A DNA stretch of 55,516 nt, counting the filler, from Sphacelaria rigidula (lineage: Eukaryota): assembly GCA_964200075.2 (NCBI GenBank). It is 6 parts of 6 records of this genome, joined end to end, with 100 filler letters (N's around TTAATTAATTAA, not from the genome) between each part and the next. Parts side by side here need not be neighbours in the genome. Positions count along the whole stretch, not along the records: positions 9,272 to 18,441 come from CAXNAA020009132.1; positions 18,542 to 27,711 come from CAXNAA020009133.1; 4 more parts are not named here. One strand, 5' to 3'. Below the pieces are notes generated by a model. It ran no database searches and was not told where the DNA came from. It worked only from the letters and a program-made list of their open reading frames with translations. Numbering within the stretch: position 1 is the first letter of the stretch; each line of letters opens with the position of its first letter. This document shows, in pieces, positions 11,451-23,443 of this stretch. A program made the translations under genes and the position numbers.

Positions 11451-12353
11451 GATTGTTGCCTTGTTTGCTTGTTATTATTCATGTGCAGCGTTATTTTCAT
11501 TGTGACCGTTTTTCTGTTACAGCCGGTAGTATTCATTTTTACGTCCAGCGTGGTGAGTTTTTTTTGTTGACTTCTATGTTAGTGCTGCCTCCCCGTAGTG
11601 GCTCTAGTGCTGTTGCGGTTCATTTGTTACGTTGCCGTTGTTCACCCAAAATTATGATGGCAATAATCTCCTTGTAGTAACAGCACATAGGCCTAACGAA
11701 CTTCATCACACAACCCCCCCCCCACACATTTTTTAGAATATGTCGACATTTTCCGTGAACACAAACTCAGCCCCCCGTCCAGCGCACTTGGTTGATTTGT
11801 GGTATATTGCATTTCTCTTATGCCAAAAAATAAAAACCCTACCCCAATCCAAACATCGTTTTCCCCCTTTTTTTCACCCTTCACCCCAGCCACCGATGTG
11901 CGAAAAACTCAGACAAAAAAATCAATTCTTGACTCTTTTGAGACTGGGCCTCCAGAACGACCAATGAGGCTGATGAGGAATGACGTGTCTTGCGTCTGCA
12001 CGCAACAGTGGCTTCATGTTGCTGAAAACCCATGTATGTAACCGCAGGGTTTAGGAGGAAGACCGAAAGTTTCATCCAATCTATTTTTTAGGTGCAGGTA
12101 CAAACTGTAATTCGGGGATTGAGCGCACCAGGGAATGTGCAGATGTACCAAGTAGCATGGGTTACCGTGGAGAGCTTTCAACAGGAGGTTACGACCGGCG
12201 GGCCGCCCGCTACTCGTGGCTTTGGATGATATTATTGTCTCCATCACCTTGCCACAAAGCCTTTTGTGATCGGGGTGGGCCGCGATTTCCATACTCTGGA
12301 CAATGGAGACAATAATGGTCAACTGCTTCAGCAATAGGCACGGGGGAAAACCT

Positions 12354-14130
12354 ATCGACATATATTGTCGAACGCAATAGATGGTGAAGCACATCTATTG
12401 ATAAGTATTGCATGGGACAATAGATGTTGCAATGGTCGATCGATAGCCTATGGCAATAACAATATATGAAGATCACTCGCCATCGATGGATATCGTGTAC
12501 CGCAATAGATTCTGGGATGTATATATCGATAGCCATTGCCATAATCAATAGGTTTGGTGAGCCGTCCATCGACAGTCATTGCCGTTATCAATACGTTTAG
12601 TGAGCCATCCATCGATAGTCATTGCCGTCACCATTAGATTAGGTGAGCCATCTATCAATACCTATTACCGTCATCAATAGATTAGGTGAGCCGTCTATCG
12701 GTAACCTCTGCCGCCAACAATGCGTTTTTTGGTATCTATCAATATGGGCATCGTCGTCAACAACCGATCGTGCTCGGGAGCACCTATCGATAGCCAGTGA
12801 CGCCAACGATAGCTTTTGAAAAATAGGTTGCTCACTGCAGTGGTCTCATGACATCAACGGCAATACCCCTTCTCCATGAACACGCAACGACCTGAGGCGA
12901 TAGCTGGCCATAGCTTCTGTGGAATAAGGCGGGTACATACATCGAAATATGTGCATACACAGCGCTAGTGATCGACGCCATTCAGTTGTTTTTGCGGTCT
13001 GCGATAGATATTAGTGGCCGCGATTCAGATTACATTGTGACCAGCGGTAGACATTGGTGGTGGCGATTCAGATTCTATTGTGACCCTCAATAGATATTGG
13101 TGGGCGCAATGGATATCCTATTGTGAGCAACGATATGTATTGGCGGCCGCGTGGCAGATCCTTCTGTGATTATCAGTAGACATTGGTAGCCACAGTTCAA
13201 AGCCTATTGCAACAAACAAAATGGATCGATAGACACGTTGGCCCCTCCATTGTCACGGCAATGGTACATTCTGTCCCTTGTCCCGAATCTATTGTCCCCT
13301 ACAATAGCTATCGATAGACGTTGATGCCAGTCGATCATGACTGACAATCAACAGTGACAGAAAAAATTTCGGGGCTACTGCAGCGCCAATGTTCTATGAC
13401 ATAGTCTATTGTCCAGGGTACAAGCACATCTCACCCACACACAAAAGTACTGTAAGCGCTCATGTCCATCGGAGGGACAACCGTAAGTACTCACACCACA
13501 CCAACAACAAAACTTGTAAACTTTTGTCCATACATATTGCGGAGCCCTACAAAATACAAGCGTTCCGAAGTTGTAAAAACGTGATGTCATATATTCACAA
13601 GTAGTATCATTATATACCCACTGCATGTCGGCCCGCGGCTTCTCTACCGTACCTCGACGGAGTATAATATGCTCTATACGTAGTATGTTGTGATGTAGGT
13701 GTGGCAATAGACGACAGAGAATACCTATCGGTAGGCATTGTATACCAGAGTAGATTCTGGTATGCATCTATCGATATTCATTGCCGCCATGCATATATTT
13801 ATACGTGGTCTATCAATAGCTATTGCTGTCATCAATAGATTTGGTATACAATCTGTCAATAGCCATCGTCATCAATAGATTCGGCACGCGGTCTATCGAT
13901 AGCCATTGCTGTCATCAATAGATTTGGAAAACTATCGATCGATACGTCTGGTCCGTCGCAATAGATTTTGGTGTAGGGCCACAAGAGACTGCTGCCCGGA
14001 CAAAAGTGTGGGCAATTGGTCCATCGATAGACATTGCCGACGACAATAGAAAGATAAACTTGCCGATCGATGGCCATTACGGACGATAATATTGGCATCT
14101 ACTGCGGAAGATTTTATTGCTATCGCAATA
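12354..14130. repeat. Three blocks of diverged 43-bp-period tandem repeats (12354-~12810, 13005-13219, 13727-~14130)
   Basis: Unit starts at 12439, 12482, 12525, 12568, 12611, 12654, 12697 and at 13005, 13048, 13091, 13134, 13177. Confidence 0.85.
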
Positions 14131-15494
14131 GATGCCGTCTCTTGTCCAGGGTGTGGCGATTTCCCTCTTTGCTGCAGGCGGCAAACTCTCTTCGAAGGGC
14201 ATGGGCATTGCGGCGCACATATATTACAGTACAGTACGCCCCTCCGACTGCAGCAGCAGCTGCCGCTGCATACTCCTTTACACGTTCCGAGTAGTTCTCC
14301 GCGACGGAGATCAGCTGCCTATACACAGCTTGTTTGTTCCCGTCGACTACGTACGACCTCACTGCATGCTGTACCGCCTCAGTACAGGGATACGTAGAAC
14401 TCATGCCTCTAGCTCCGTCTCTCGTTCCACAGCGTAGCTAGATTCAGTCGCATTGTGAACATGATCACATATGTAGTACGGTACGCTATTCCCGTATTTC
14501 CCCCGTGCACCCTGTGTTAGTGTAATTTCTACGTTTCACTATAGGATGGTGATCCCAAAATAAACTCGGTGGAGTGGGGGTCGGACCTATATAGAAGGCA
14601 ATTAAATGAAAAAAGATCGGGAAAGCGAGCCCCGACCATCGCGGCTTTATTTTGTTTCGAAGGTTTTTTTGTGGGCCAGGGACGGGGTACACACACTAAC
14701 TTGGCAGTGATATCAGTCCCGGGGACAGCCCCCCCCCGCTGGTCGTTCAGATTTGGTCGATAAATTCCGCCTCGCCGTGATTGGGCAGGTTGCTCCCAGA
14801 CATTATTATTATTATTTTACGAATACATGGTGAACCCCTTGGTACTGAAGATCAGTCCCAAAAGAGTTAAACCACTCAATATTTTTTTTATCAACCCTTC
14901 TTATGTGACCTCACCCACGGAACCGGATTGTACGAAAAAAAACATTTGTCTGGATTCCAACTCTCGACCTTCATAACTGTCTGGAGTCTCCTGTATCACT
15001 TAGATTACGACTATCCAGTGGACCGACGCGCCCGTGACCCTGATCACAAAAGCCATTGTAGAAGCATTCATTTTTCGTCGTCCGAAATCGACAAATAGTG
15101 GCCAGAAGTACTCGCAGGGAACGCCCGAGGAAGGTAGAGAATGACCTATACCTTGCCATCAGGTCAGTTTCAGGGAGGGGATAAGGCAGCTCTGGTGGAT
15201 AAGCCGTAACTTTTCAGCTGTACTGAACATCCTTACGCTTGTTTACTGCCGTGTTGCGATACTTTGCTTTTTTTTTTTTTCACTTCCGTGTGTAGGAAGG
15301 AACCAACACCGCCTGATATCGGTAAGACGTCTGAAATCGGGTCAAAGTAAACGTCTTCTGTGGGCCGCGAGAAGAACGCACTGGTTACCGTGCCCTAGAA
15401 TGACCAAAGACGGTAAAAGGTATACCTTTTCGTTACCGCTGCCCGCGATTAAGCAGCACAAACAACCTGTAGTGAACGCCTGCGTTGTGTGCAA

Positions 15495-16075
15495 GAGCAA
15501 TGCTACGGTAGGGGTACACTTTTTTCTCGAAATTATGTCTAGTTCAGGGGCTCCTAACGATTCTAGATGCACCTAGAACTCTCGATTAGAACCTTCCCGG
15601 AATTTTATTACTTGATTTTTGTGTAAAGACCGACATTCGGATCTTTGGCGGGGCTGACAGCCCCAACTGCCTCTCGCGTGCGCAGGAGGCGTTTTTTGTC
15701 AAAATCGGCGCATGCGGCGCCGTTTTGAGGTCTGCCAACGCGACACTTTGCGTAGGGAACGCTTCACACCTCCCTCGCCCGAGGGTCCTCGGTATGCCTT
15801 GGGTTAGGGTTAGGGTTAGGGTTGGTGTTATTAAAAAAAAAAAAATGTTTCCGAGAAATTTCGTCATCGACCAAGTGGTGAACACACCTCCAAAATCCTC
15901 GCTGCCCCCACACTGTATCCAAACGGCCAAAAAGTACAAAATGTATACCTTTTCCTGACCGCTACCGTTTGAACTAAACCGCAAGGTCTACTCCTGTAGT
16001 CATCACTAACTAACTCGCGACCTCTTGTTTGCCTAAAACCGTTTTTTTTCCTGCTCCCTTACGATTGGGGGTGCG

Positions 16076-16109
<34 letters not shown>

Positions 16110-16470
16110 CATGACCCCCGCCGTATATTTGCAGCGAAAGAAAGTTCACCATCTTCTGGTGGCGATGAGCTCGGCGATGGAGGATTCATGTCGGACTTCG
16201 GCGGCGACGACTTCTCAGACGATGAAATCGTCATTGAATTCGATGATGAAGATTTTGACATGTAGATCGTCCGTAGGTTTGTGTTCGCTGTTTTGGCGGG
16301 AGTTTTTGTTGCTGTGGCTGTGGTGGAGTGGTATCACGGTGGTAGGAATGCACAATTATTTCCCTGAGGCTCTTCGCTTCAAGAGCCCCCTATCCAAGGG
16401 GAAAACATGTGGGCTCATGTGTGCAACCTCAGGCACACCCTTTGACCTGAAAAACGTACCCCTACCGTGG
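15495..16470. mobile_element. Longer family C TIR element, right TIR truncated; contains (GGGTTA)3 and an acidic exon-like segment
   Basis: Left end gagcaatgctacggtaggggtacac; right end gtacccctaccgtgg. Confidence 0.55.
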
Positions 16471-17092
16471 TTTGTTGGAAGTGTGTTACTGTTGTTTTCG
16501 AGGTTATAAAATCGCTCTTTCCCCTCGTCTCTAGAGACGTCAGGTCTCTGTGAGTTGGCGTTGAAGTTCACGACTGGGTTGCTTCACGAATAAAAAATAA
16601 CCGAAAACCAAGTCAAGTTTAGGTGAGGGTCAGTGTGTTAGACGGCAAATGTACGCAAAACAACGCTCGAGCTACGCGGAAAGATCTCAGGGACAGGACA
16701 CCACAACAGCAGGCGTGGGGAGGAGGGGGGGGCTCCTGGCAATGGTGTTATACCGGTGAACAGTGCTGTGTTATTACCCGGAGAAGTGATGTAATGGTGT
16801 TTGTATCTATTTGCGTGAGCTACTGTGGTATAACGCTCTTGGCACGATGAAACATACGTTTACGTTCTTCACTTGTTTTAGAAGGCAGGCGGGGGACTGC
16901 AAGGTAGCGGTCGGAACAGCACCCTTTTGGGGGGAAATAGGGGTGTGGTTTATGAGCGTGGTGTCAACACCGAGCACACACACTCCTCTCTTCCCTCTCT
17001 CTCACACACCCACACACAAGTGATTGCCATTGATCGATACCCCACCTGACGGCGACGCTTCCTCTCCTTCTTCAGCATCTCTTCGCTTAGCC

Positions 17093-17453
17093 TGTGTGTG
17101 TTGCCGTCCCTTTTATTTTGGACGTCGGTCTAATACACTTTTCGGTATATATGGTGGGCGCACCAGCCGCGGTCACACAGGAGGAAGGCCAACACAGGAG
17201 TTATTTTTTTATTTTCATCTGTTGTTAATTCTCCACGTTCCTCCTGCGATGCTTGCCTTTCTTTTTTATCGCGAGAGGAGGTCAGCAGTCCCTCTCCCTC
17301 GTCGACTTTTGAATCGAATTTTTGTGTACCCAAGACATAGTCGCTCTCCACTGTTGAGCGTTGTGTGAGAAAAATCCGAAATCGCTCCGAGATTTGAACC
17401 CACGACCCAGCCGTCAGAAGGTTCCCGGGTTACTAACTGAGTCAACGAGGCGA
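17093..17453 (-). mobile_element. tRNA-headed SINE
   Basis: Minus-strand head has an A-box-like TGACTCAGTTAG and a B-box GGTTCAAATC; body is shared with the other copies; (CA)n tail. Confidence 0.8.
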
Positions 17454-17497
17454 GTGGCAAGTAAAATCAAATGAATATATATATATATATATATATA

Positions 17498-18057
17498 CAG
17501 TAGTGGGCGGTCTAACTATTTTGGGTTTTTTGGGGGGTTTCCTTGCGTACTACTCTTCGATAGAACTCGAAATTGCCTGCGTCGGTAGATTTTGGCACAA
17601 CAAAGTAGATCATCCTTGAAACACAGTGCCCAAGTCAGGGTTAGTTGGTGTTATCGGGCGAAACGAATAAATACCCCCTTCACCAGGAGGGTGTTATTGA
17701 CTGTGAAGCACAGTTTTTCGGCCTAGTGCAATGAGTAGGCAGAATTTCTAAAAAATAAAACTGCACGTTTCTTTACAAATATTACCGGGACGGGCTCGAT
17801 CGACCGAAAATACAGAAGAGTAAGAATCTGGGCTGCTGAAACGTGGCAGGACGCCCGATGACCGGTCAGCCCGTAAGTCACTCAAAATTGAGTACCGATG
17901 ATTTTTTATTATTGAAATATGAAGCGGATGGATACAAAAATCTTCAGATCCTCGACGTGTGATAGGCGGTGGCAAGCGAAAAGAGCCCAAGAAAATCGCC
18001 AACTACGAAAAAAATAACAAAATGCCAGAAAATTAATGGTTAGACCGCCCACTACTG
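17498..18057. mobile_element. Tc1/mariner-type MITE inserted in a (TA)n microsatellite
   Basis: Perfect 19-bp TIR CAGTAGTGGGCGGTCTAAC; TA repeats on both flanks. Confidence 0.85.
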
Positions 18058-18841
18058 TATATATATATATATATGCGAGCAATGCGACGGTAGGGTGGGG
18101 GCGGGGGCGGGGGGGGTATTCGATTCCAGGGGAAAATGACTCATAGGTGTGTCAAACGAACTAACACACTCGCGGTGAGCTTGTATATGGGTAAAAAATG
18201 ACGTCAGGCATTATAGTTGAGTGTTTTTTATCGGTAACAAGCGCGTTCGAACAACCGCTACTGCTTTCAGAATGATGCTACAGTAGGGATGCACAAATGT
18301 ATCCTGAGGTTATAATTGTCAGGAGCCCTTTATCTCGTGCAAAGCACGACCTATGGAAATATGTGAAAGTACGCCAGGATTACTACTCCAACGTGCTGGG
18401 GATATCCCGAATGTATTTGCAAACGGGGAGGCCCTGACCCANNNNNNNNNNNNNNNNNNNNNNNNNNNNNNNNNNNNNNNNNNNNTTAATTAATTAANNN
18501 NNNNNNNNNNNNNNNNNNNNNNNNNNNNNNNNNNNNNNNNNGTACAGGAAGCCTGCGACCACGCTGAATGAAACCGTTTATTTGTCTCCGACCGGTCGGT
18601 GATGATGGAGATAGTAGTACTAGTAGCAGTAGTAGTAGTAGTAGCAGCATCACTATATATATATGGAATTGTAGAGTAAATAAAGAAATCAAACAACGAC
18701 GACGACCACATTGAACAAGTAGATGCCGCGCAGTTGCTGGCCATGCTGTTTGTTCCTTATCCATCCGGGACCCCCTCCTACTGGTGTTGAGGTTGCTACG
18801 AAGGAACACGTACACAGAATTGTGCTCGTCGTAACCCTAAC

Positions 18842-18922
18842 CTCGACGACACGCCGGGCATCGTTCTCGACGACGCACCGGATTAATATCGCCGTGGTAT
18901 ATCGCCTTGGTGCTCCCTTCAA
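18842..18922 (-). CDS. Possible isolated 81-nt exon, unknown product
   Basis: ttttgtag|TTG...GAG|gttagg; LKGAPRRYTTAILIRCVVENDARRVVE; no recognisable motif. Confidence 0.25.
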
Positions 18923-19282
18923 CTACAAAATCATTTCCGAGGAAAAATACTTTTGCACCTCCAGGATACAATTTCACGTGTCGTTCATCCTCAACAAAAA
19001 GCACCATCCTCAACATAGATGATCCGCTGTTTTTATCTGCTGTTCGAAATAAATCATATTTTTTGCCGAAATAGATTGGGCGAGAAAAGGATCGGTTTTG
19101 AACAGCTTGTCCTGCTGTCCGAAATATATTCCTTTTTGCCCGATTCAAATCAGGTGAAGAGGAATGTACCTCGGACAGGAGGACAAGCTATTGGAAATAT
19201 ATATATTTCCAGATTTTGTACCAAAATATTTGGAATTTTCAAAAAACAAAAGTCAGGGTTTTTACCAAAACACTACCACATG

Positions 19283-19436
19283 ACTGTGCAGGGCTTTGCC
19301 GACAAGCCTACATAGGGCTGTAAACCCAACCCTGGGGAAAACCTTATCACAACGCTATGAGGGGTACAGGTTTAGATTTTCATTGTAAGGGTTTTTTACA
19401 AAGACTGTGGAGGACCCTGTACAGACCCTGCACAGT
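19283..19436. mobile_element. Small putative MITE
   Basis: 11-bp inverted ends actgtgcaggg / ccctgcacagt. Confidence 0.45.
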
Positions 19437-19572
19437 GCGCCCCACAGGGTGATATCTGTCCACGGGTGCTTCTCCAGATACTCTGGTCATTTTTCTACGT
19501 GTCGTGGTTCCCACGAACTAGAGGTTTGCCCGTCAGGTGCCTTAAGCGTACCTTAATTGGTACATTTACCTC

Positions 19573-20340
19573 TAGGGAGGGTTCGGTAGCCACCACGTCG
19601 TCATGACCGCATCGACAAACTGATGCTCGGTACTTGACGGTGCCAGATGCCGAGACGACCCACCTGCTCGGTACTGACAGGTACCAGAGGCCGAAACGAC
19701 ATTTCTGCTCCGCAGTCACAGGTACCAGATGCAATGAGTGAGAGGACCGCGTGCTTAGAGGACCGCGCCGTAGTTCAATATACCTCAGGATCGACGTTTT
19801 TCAACGCCAATCAGGCCAGTCTCTGTAGGTACTACGCCCCTGACCGTAACCCTAACCCTAACCCTAACCCTAACCCTAACCCTAACCCTAACTCTAACCA
19901 CAGGGATATTCAAACTCCGATGCGGTCCTCTAGGCACGCGGTCCTCTCGCGCATTACACCAGATACCAAAATGACCCATCTGCTCGGTACTTGCAGGTAC
20001 TGAAATGTAGCTTGCATGCGGTCCACTTTGTCATTCAAGACAGCTTCAAGGTACACACAAGTCAAGACCACGAACCTTGCTTCTACCCTGCGCGGAAACG
20101 AATCGCAGTGCCTTGGTCTTCACTTGCGTGCTGACCTTGAAACTGCCTTGGATGGCAACAAAATAGACTGCATGCAAACCACGCTTCAGTACCTGCAAGT
20201 ACTGAGCCGAAAGGTCTTGTCGGCATGTGGGGATCTCGTAGTACCGAGCAGATGCGTCATGTCGGCATCTAGCACCTTCAAGTGCCGCATCAGTGCGTCT
20301 AAGCGTTCATGACGACGCGGTAGGCGCTGAATTCTCCCTA
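19573..20340. mobile_element. Long-TIR element (family D, ~100-bp imperfect TIRs) hosting a family A MITE
   Basis: tagggag...cgtcgtcatga...ctgatgc...ctgctcggtact is mirrored by agtaccgagcag...gcatcag...tcatgacgacg...ctcccta. Confidence 0.8.
19730..19958 (+). mobile_element. Family A MITE with internal (CCCTAA)7, 5-bp TSD CCAGA
   Basis: ~37-bp TIRs; ccaga on both flanks; telomere-type tract at 19850-19891. Confidence 0.9.
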
Positions 20341-20354
20341 AAATACGCTGTTGT

Positions 20355-20608
20355 GAGTGATGCTACGGTAGGGGTTGCACTTTTTGAGCGAAAATGTTTC
20401 TCGGGGTGTTGGACGGATCATTTTTAGAATCGGTATCATTTTCACTTGAAAAATACTGAAAATGATGCCGATTCACGAAACGATCCCTGCGTGCATTTCC
20501 ATGTCCTGTCCCCGGAGATTTGGGTTGCACAGTAAGCCCCATATATTTGGGGTCCTGCAAAAACGAGACCCAGAAACAAAAAGTGCAACCCCTACCGTGG
20601 CATTGCTC
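20355..20608. mobile_element. Family C TIR element, 4-bp TSD TTGT
   Basis: 31-bp TIRs gagtgatgctacggtaggggttgcacttttt / aaaaagtgcaacccctaccgtggcattgctc. Confidence 0.88.
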
Positions 20609-20615
20609 TTGTCAA

Positions 20616-20832
20616 CACACGCGGCCATTTGGCTACCCCCCAAAATGCCTCCGGAAGGATGCGCGGCCCTCCAGAGGCAAAACAAGCCTCCGGAGGCCTT
20701 CAATCCCTCTGGGGGAAACCAAACACCACCGACCTGGAGGGCTGCGCACCCCTCCGGAGGAATTTGAGGGTAGCAAAATGCCTTCGGAGAGATGCGCGAC
20801 CCTCCAGAGGAAAAAACAAGTATTCGGAGGCG
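20616..20832. mobile_element. Family B element, one end only (CACACGCGGCCATTTGGCTA, internal CCTCCGGAGG repeats), cut off by a family A MITE
   Basis: Matches the reverse complement of the right part of 27116-27452. Confidence 0.8.
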
Positions 20833-21043
20833 TGTGATGCGTGAGAGAACCACGTGCTTAGAGAACCGCGCCGTGGCCCGAAACACCTTACGATCGAAGT
20901 TTCCCAAAACCTATCGTGCCAGTCCCCGCATGGACCACGCCCCTGACCCCAACCCCAACACTAACCCTAACCCCAACCCTAACCATAGGGATGTTCAAAT
21001 TCCGATGCTGTCCTCTAAGCACGCGGTCCTCTCACGCATTACA
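20833..21043 (+). mobile_element. Family A MITE (211 bp), no clear TSD
   Basis: TIRs plus a degenerate CCCTAA tract. Confidence 0.88.
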
Positions 21044-22209
21044 GAGAAGACGTAACTTACAACAGAATCGATGTAACGGCTAAGAAGACTACAGTAGCGC
21101 AACAATTATCAGCGTCAGGCTTCGTGACCACTCCGAGGAGCGTCCCACGACCACCTGTGAACAGGTTCGGTGAGCCTCGACTTGTCGCTAAGCGCACACG
21201 GAGCGAGCTCTGAGAGGAACCCGGAATGTGGAACAGCAGCATGGATCAACAAAGGATCTCTCCTTGAGAACGATGTGGATTGAGTCTACGAAAGAGTCGC
21301 ACTACATATGTGCGCGTCTGACCCTTGAACAGTGCGTCACGACCCCGACAAAGTGGGTACATGGTATTTTGGGAAAGCAGCACAGCACCCGTTGCCGTCT
21401 ACAGTAATAATACAGCCGGAAACAAAGTACAACTGATGATATTTGAGGGACGGCACTCACCTGTGCTCGTCTGGCCCTACAGCAGTCGCTCGCAAGCTGA
21501 GCTAAGTGGGGTCGGTGATTTATATTGGGAGGGCGGCTTTATATCTGGGCGTGTCGAACACAATAGCTTATCTTCGAAAATAGCGTTCGGATTCTTTGGT
21601 GGCAAAATATCCATGCGCTTTACTGCTGAGCAGCCGTAGCTGCACTAAAAATATATAGAATACGTTCGATTCCACTACATCCTGTCCGTACAAAACATTC
21701 AAGCGGCGGCGGGCAAGCCTACTACTTCAGTGGGAGACCACGTTTCAAGCGTCAGGGTTTTCGTGTTTCTCCATCTCCCTTCTTCTTTGCCTTCGTGGCT
21801 TGAGTGTTAAACGGCGTCATTCTGAGTAGAACGGGATTGTCACGGTGGACAACGATAAGGGCATCCAAGGGGCGCTGAAGCTCTTCCCGAGAATTGACGC
21901 CAGAAACGAGGCCAGCTCCAGGGAGTATGGAGGCAAACTTCCCGTTATACTGTAATTTTATGAGAAGGAGGTCGCCGACATCCTGCAGGGCCAACCGAGA
22001 CCGCAAGCCACTCTAGTCGGCGACGATATGCCGTCTGGTGATGCGGTAGCTCATTCAAAATGTGAGCGAATCAAGATTACTTCAGTTTTTGTTTTTCAGC
22101 ACGAACCTCCCCGCGCACAACACCGTAAAACGACACATGGGCGAGACGTACGAGGAAGGGGGAGACAAAGGGGAAGCGGCGTGAGTTGTCCTGGAGGCGA
22201 AATGCGGCA

Positions 22210-22775
22210 CCAACACGAAAGTGGCCGGGAGGGAGTCCTACGATAAAGCGCACTCCATCATGATGCAGTCTAGAGATAATCCAGACGATCCCGTGTATAT
22301 TATCGACGGTGATCGCGATCTGCATAACAACGCCGCGGCCTGGTGTACTGCGTGAGAGGATCGCGTGCTTAAAGGACCGCGCCGAAGTCCAAAACACTCC
22401 AGGATCGACGTTTTTCAAAACCAATCGGGCAAGTTCCTTCAGGGACCACGCCCCTGACCTTAACCACAACTCCAACACCAACCATAACCCTAAGAATAGG
22501 GGTTTGTAAAGTCCGATGCGGTCCTCTTAGCACGCGGTCCTCTCCCGTATTGCACTGGGGCCAAGTTTGCGGCGTTCAGGTGGGAGAGGTAATCGACGTA
22601 CATGGTGCTGACCATATGTCAAATGTCCGCTGAAATAAAGTCGTGTTTCTCGCAACCAGCATTATGAAGCCTTTCGTACTCGGCAGGAATGGCGTGGGGA
22701 GTTATTTCTAGGTACCGTTCGTCAGCCAAGTGGAGGAAGTGCCGCCGGTAGAAGAAGCGGCATTGAACGTTTCTC
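22210..22775 (-). pseudogene. Decayed exon-like reading frame interrupted by a family A MITE
   Basis: Removing 22344-22554 and one TSD restores a continuous frame (...YVDYLSHLNAANLAPGRGVVMQIAITVDNIHG...) with one stop; acceptor ctgtag at 22776. Confidence 0.45.
22344..22554 (+). mobile_element. Family A MITE (211 bp), 4-bp TSD CTGG
   Basis: TIRs; ctgg on both flanks. Confidence 0.88.
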
Positions 22776-23232
22776 CTACAGAGAGCGAGCCGACGGTAGG
22801 TTTATTTAGTGCCAAAACTGGCAATACTAGGGCATCAGCAGCAAGTTGAGTAAGCTTTTACCCAATCGTTTGACATACGTAAACCCAATGACGCAAAATC
22901 GGATTTTGTTTCAAGAGTGATGGTAGCTTGGGTTCGATGGGCTTTCCTATCTCTCATTGCTTTTACTCTCCGAACTCGCTGAACTCTCTTTCAGCTCCCT
23001 GCGTTTTAAAGTCTGTGATTTATTCTGTTTTGGCCAACAGTGCCCATGAACACGATCTGACTTTTGTCTATTACCACAAGACGCGAGTGAGCTTCACAAC
23101 CCCTGCGCATCCTCTGCAACTCTGTCTAGTACGGCAGCACCACGTAACACTAGCCTTCCAGTAGGTTACGAGCCTCGATACGTTATCACATAGGTCAACA
23201 CAAGCGAGGAGACGTCCCATCGAAATCGTCAC

Positions 23233-23443
23233 TGTAATGCGTGAGAGGACCGCGTGCTTAGAGGACCGCATTGGAGTTTGAACACCCCTATGGTTAGGTT
23301 TAGGATTAGATTTTGTGGTGGGGTTAGGGTCAGGGACGTGGTACCTGCAGAGACTGACCCGATTGGTTTTGAAAAACGTCGATCCTGAGGTATTTTGAAC
23401 TACGGCGCGGTCCTCAAAGCACGCGGTCCTCTCACGCATCACA
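23233..23443 (-). mobile_element. Family A MITE (211 bp), 5-bp TSD GTCAC
   Basis: TIRs tgtaatgcgtgagaggaccgcgtgctt; gtcac on both flanks. Confidence 0.9.

Noticed and set aside
12354-14130. 43-bp periodic arrays as a CRISPR array
   Set aside because: Whole units are diverged copies of each other, with no constant repeat plus unique spacers. There are no cas genes and the context is eukaryotic.
19850-19891. True chromosome telomere
   Set aside because: The tract is short and internal, and is enclosed by TIRs and a TSD.
19647-20003. NP-repeat ORFs of the MRERTACLEDRAV...HAVLSRIT type (also at 20792, 23071, 26458, 47701) as a protein family
   Set aside because: They are translations of the family A MITE. 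TIR symmetry and CCCTAA repeats explain the shared peptides.
20462-20907. Overlapping PPEG/LRR-rich ORFs (also 27075-27711)
   Set aside because: They are products of CCTCCGGAGG subrepeats in family B elements.
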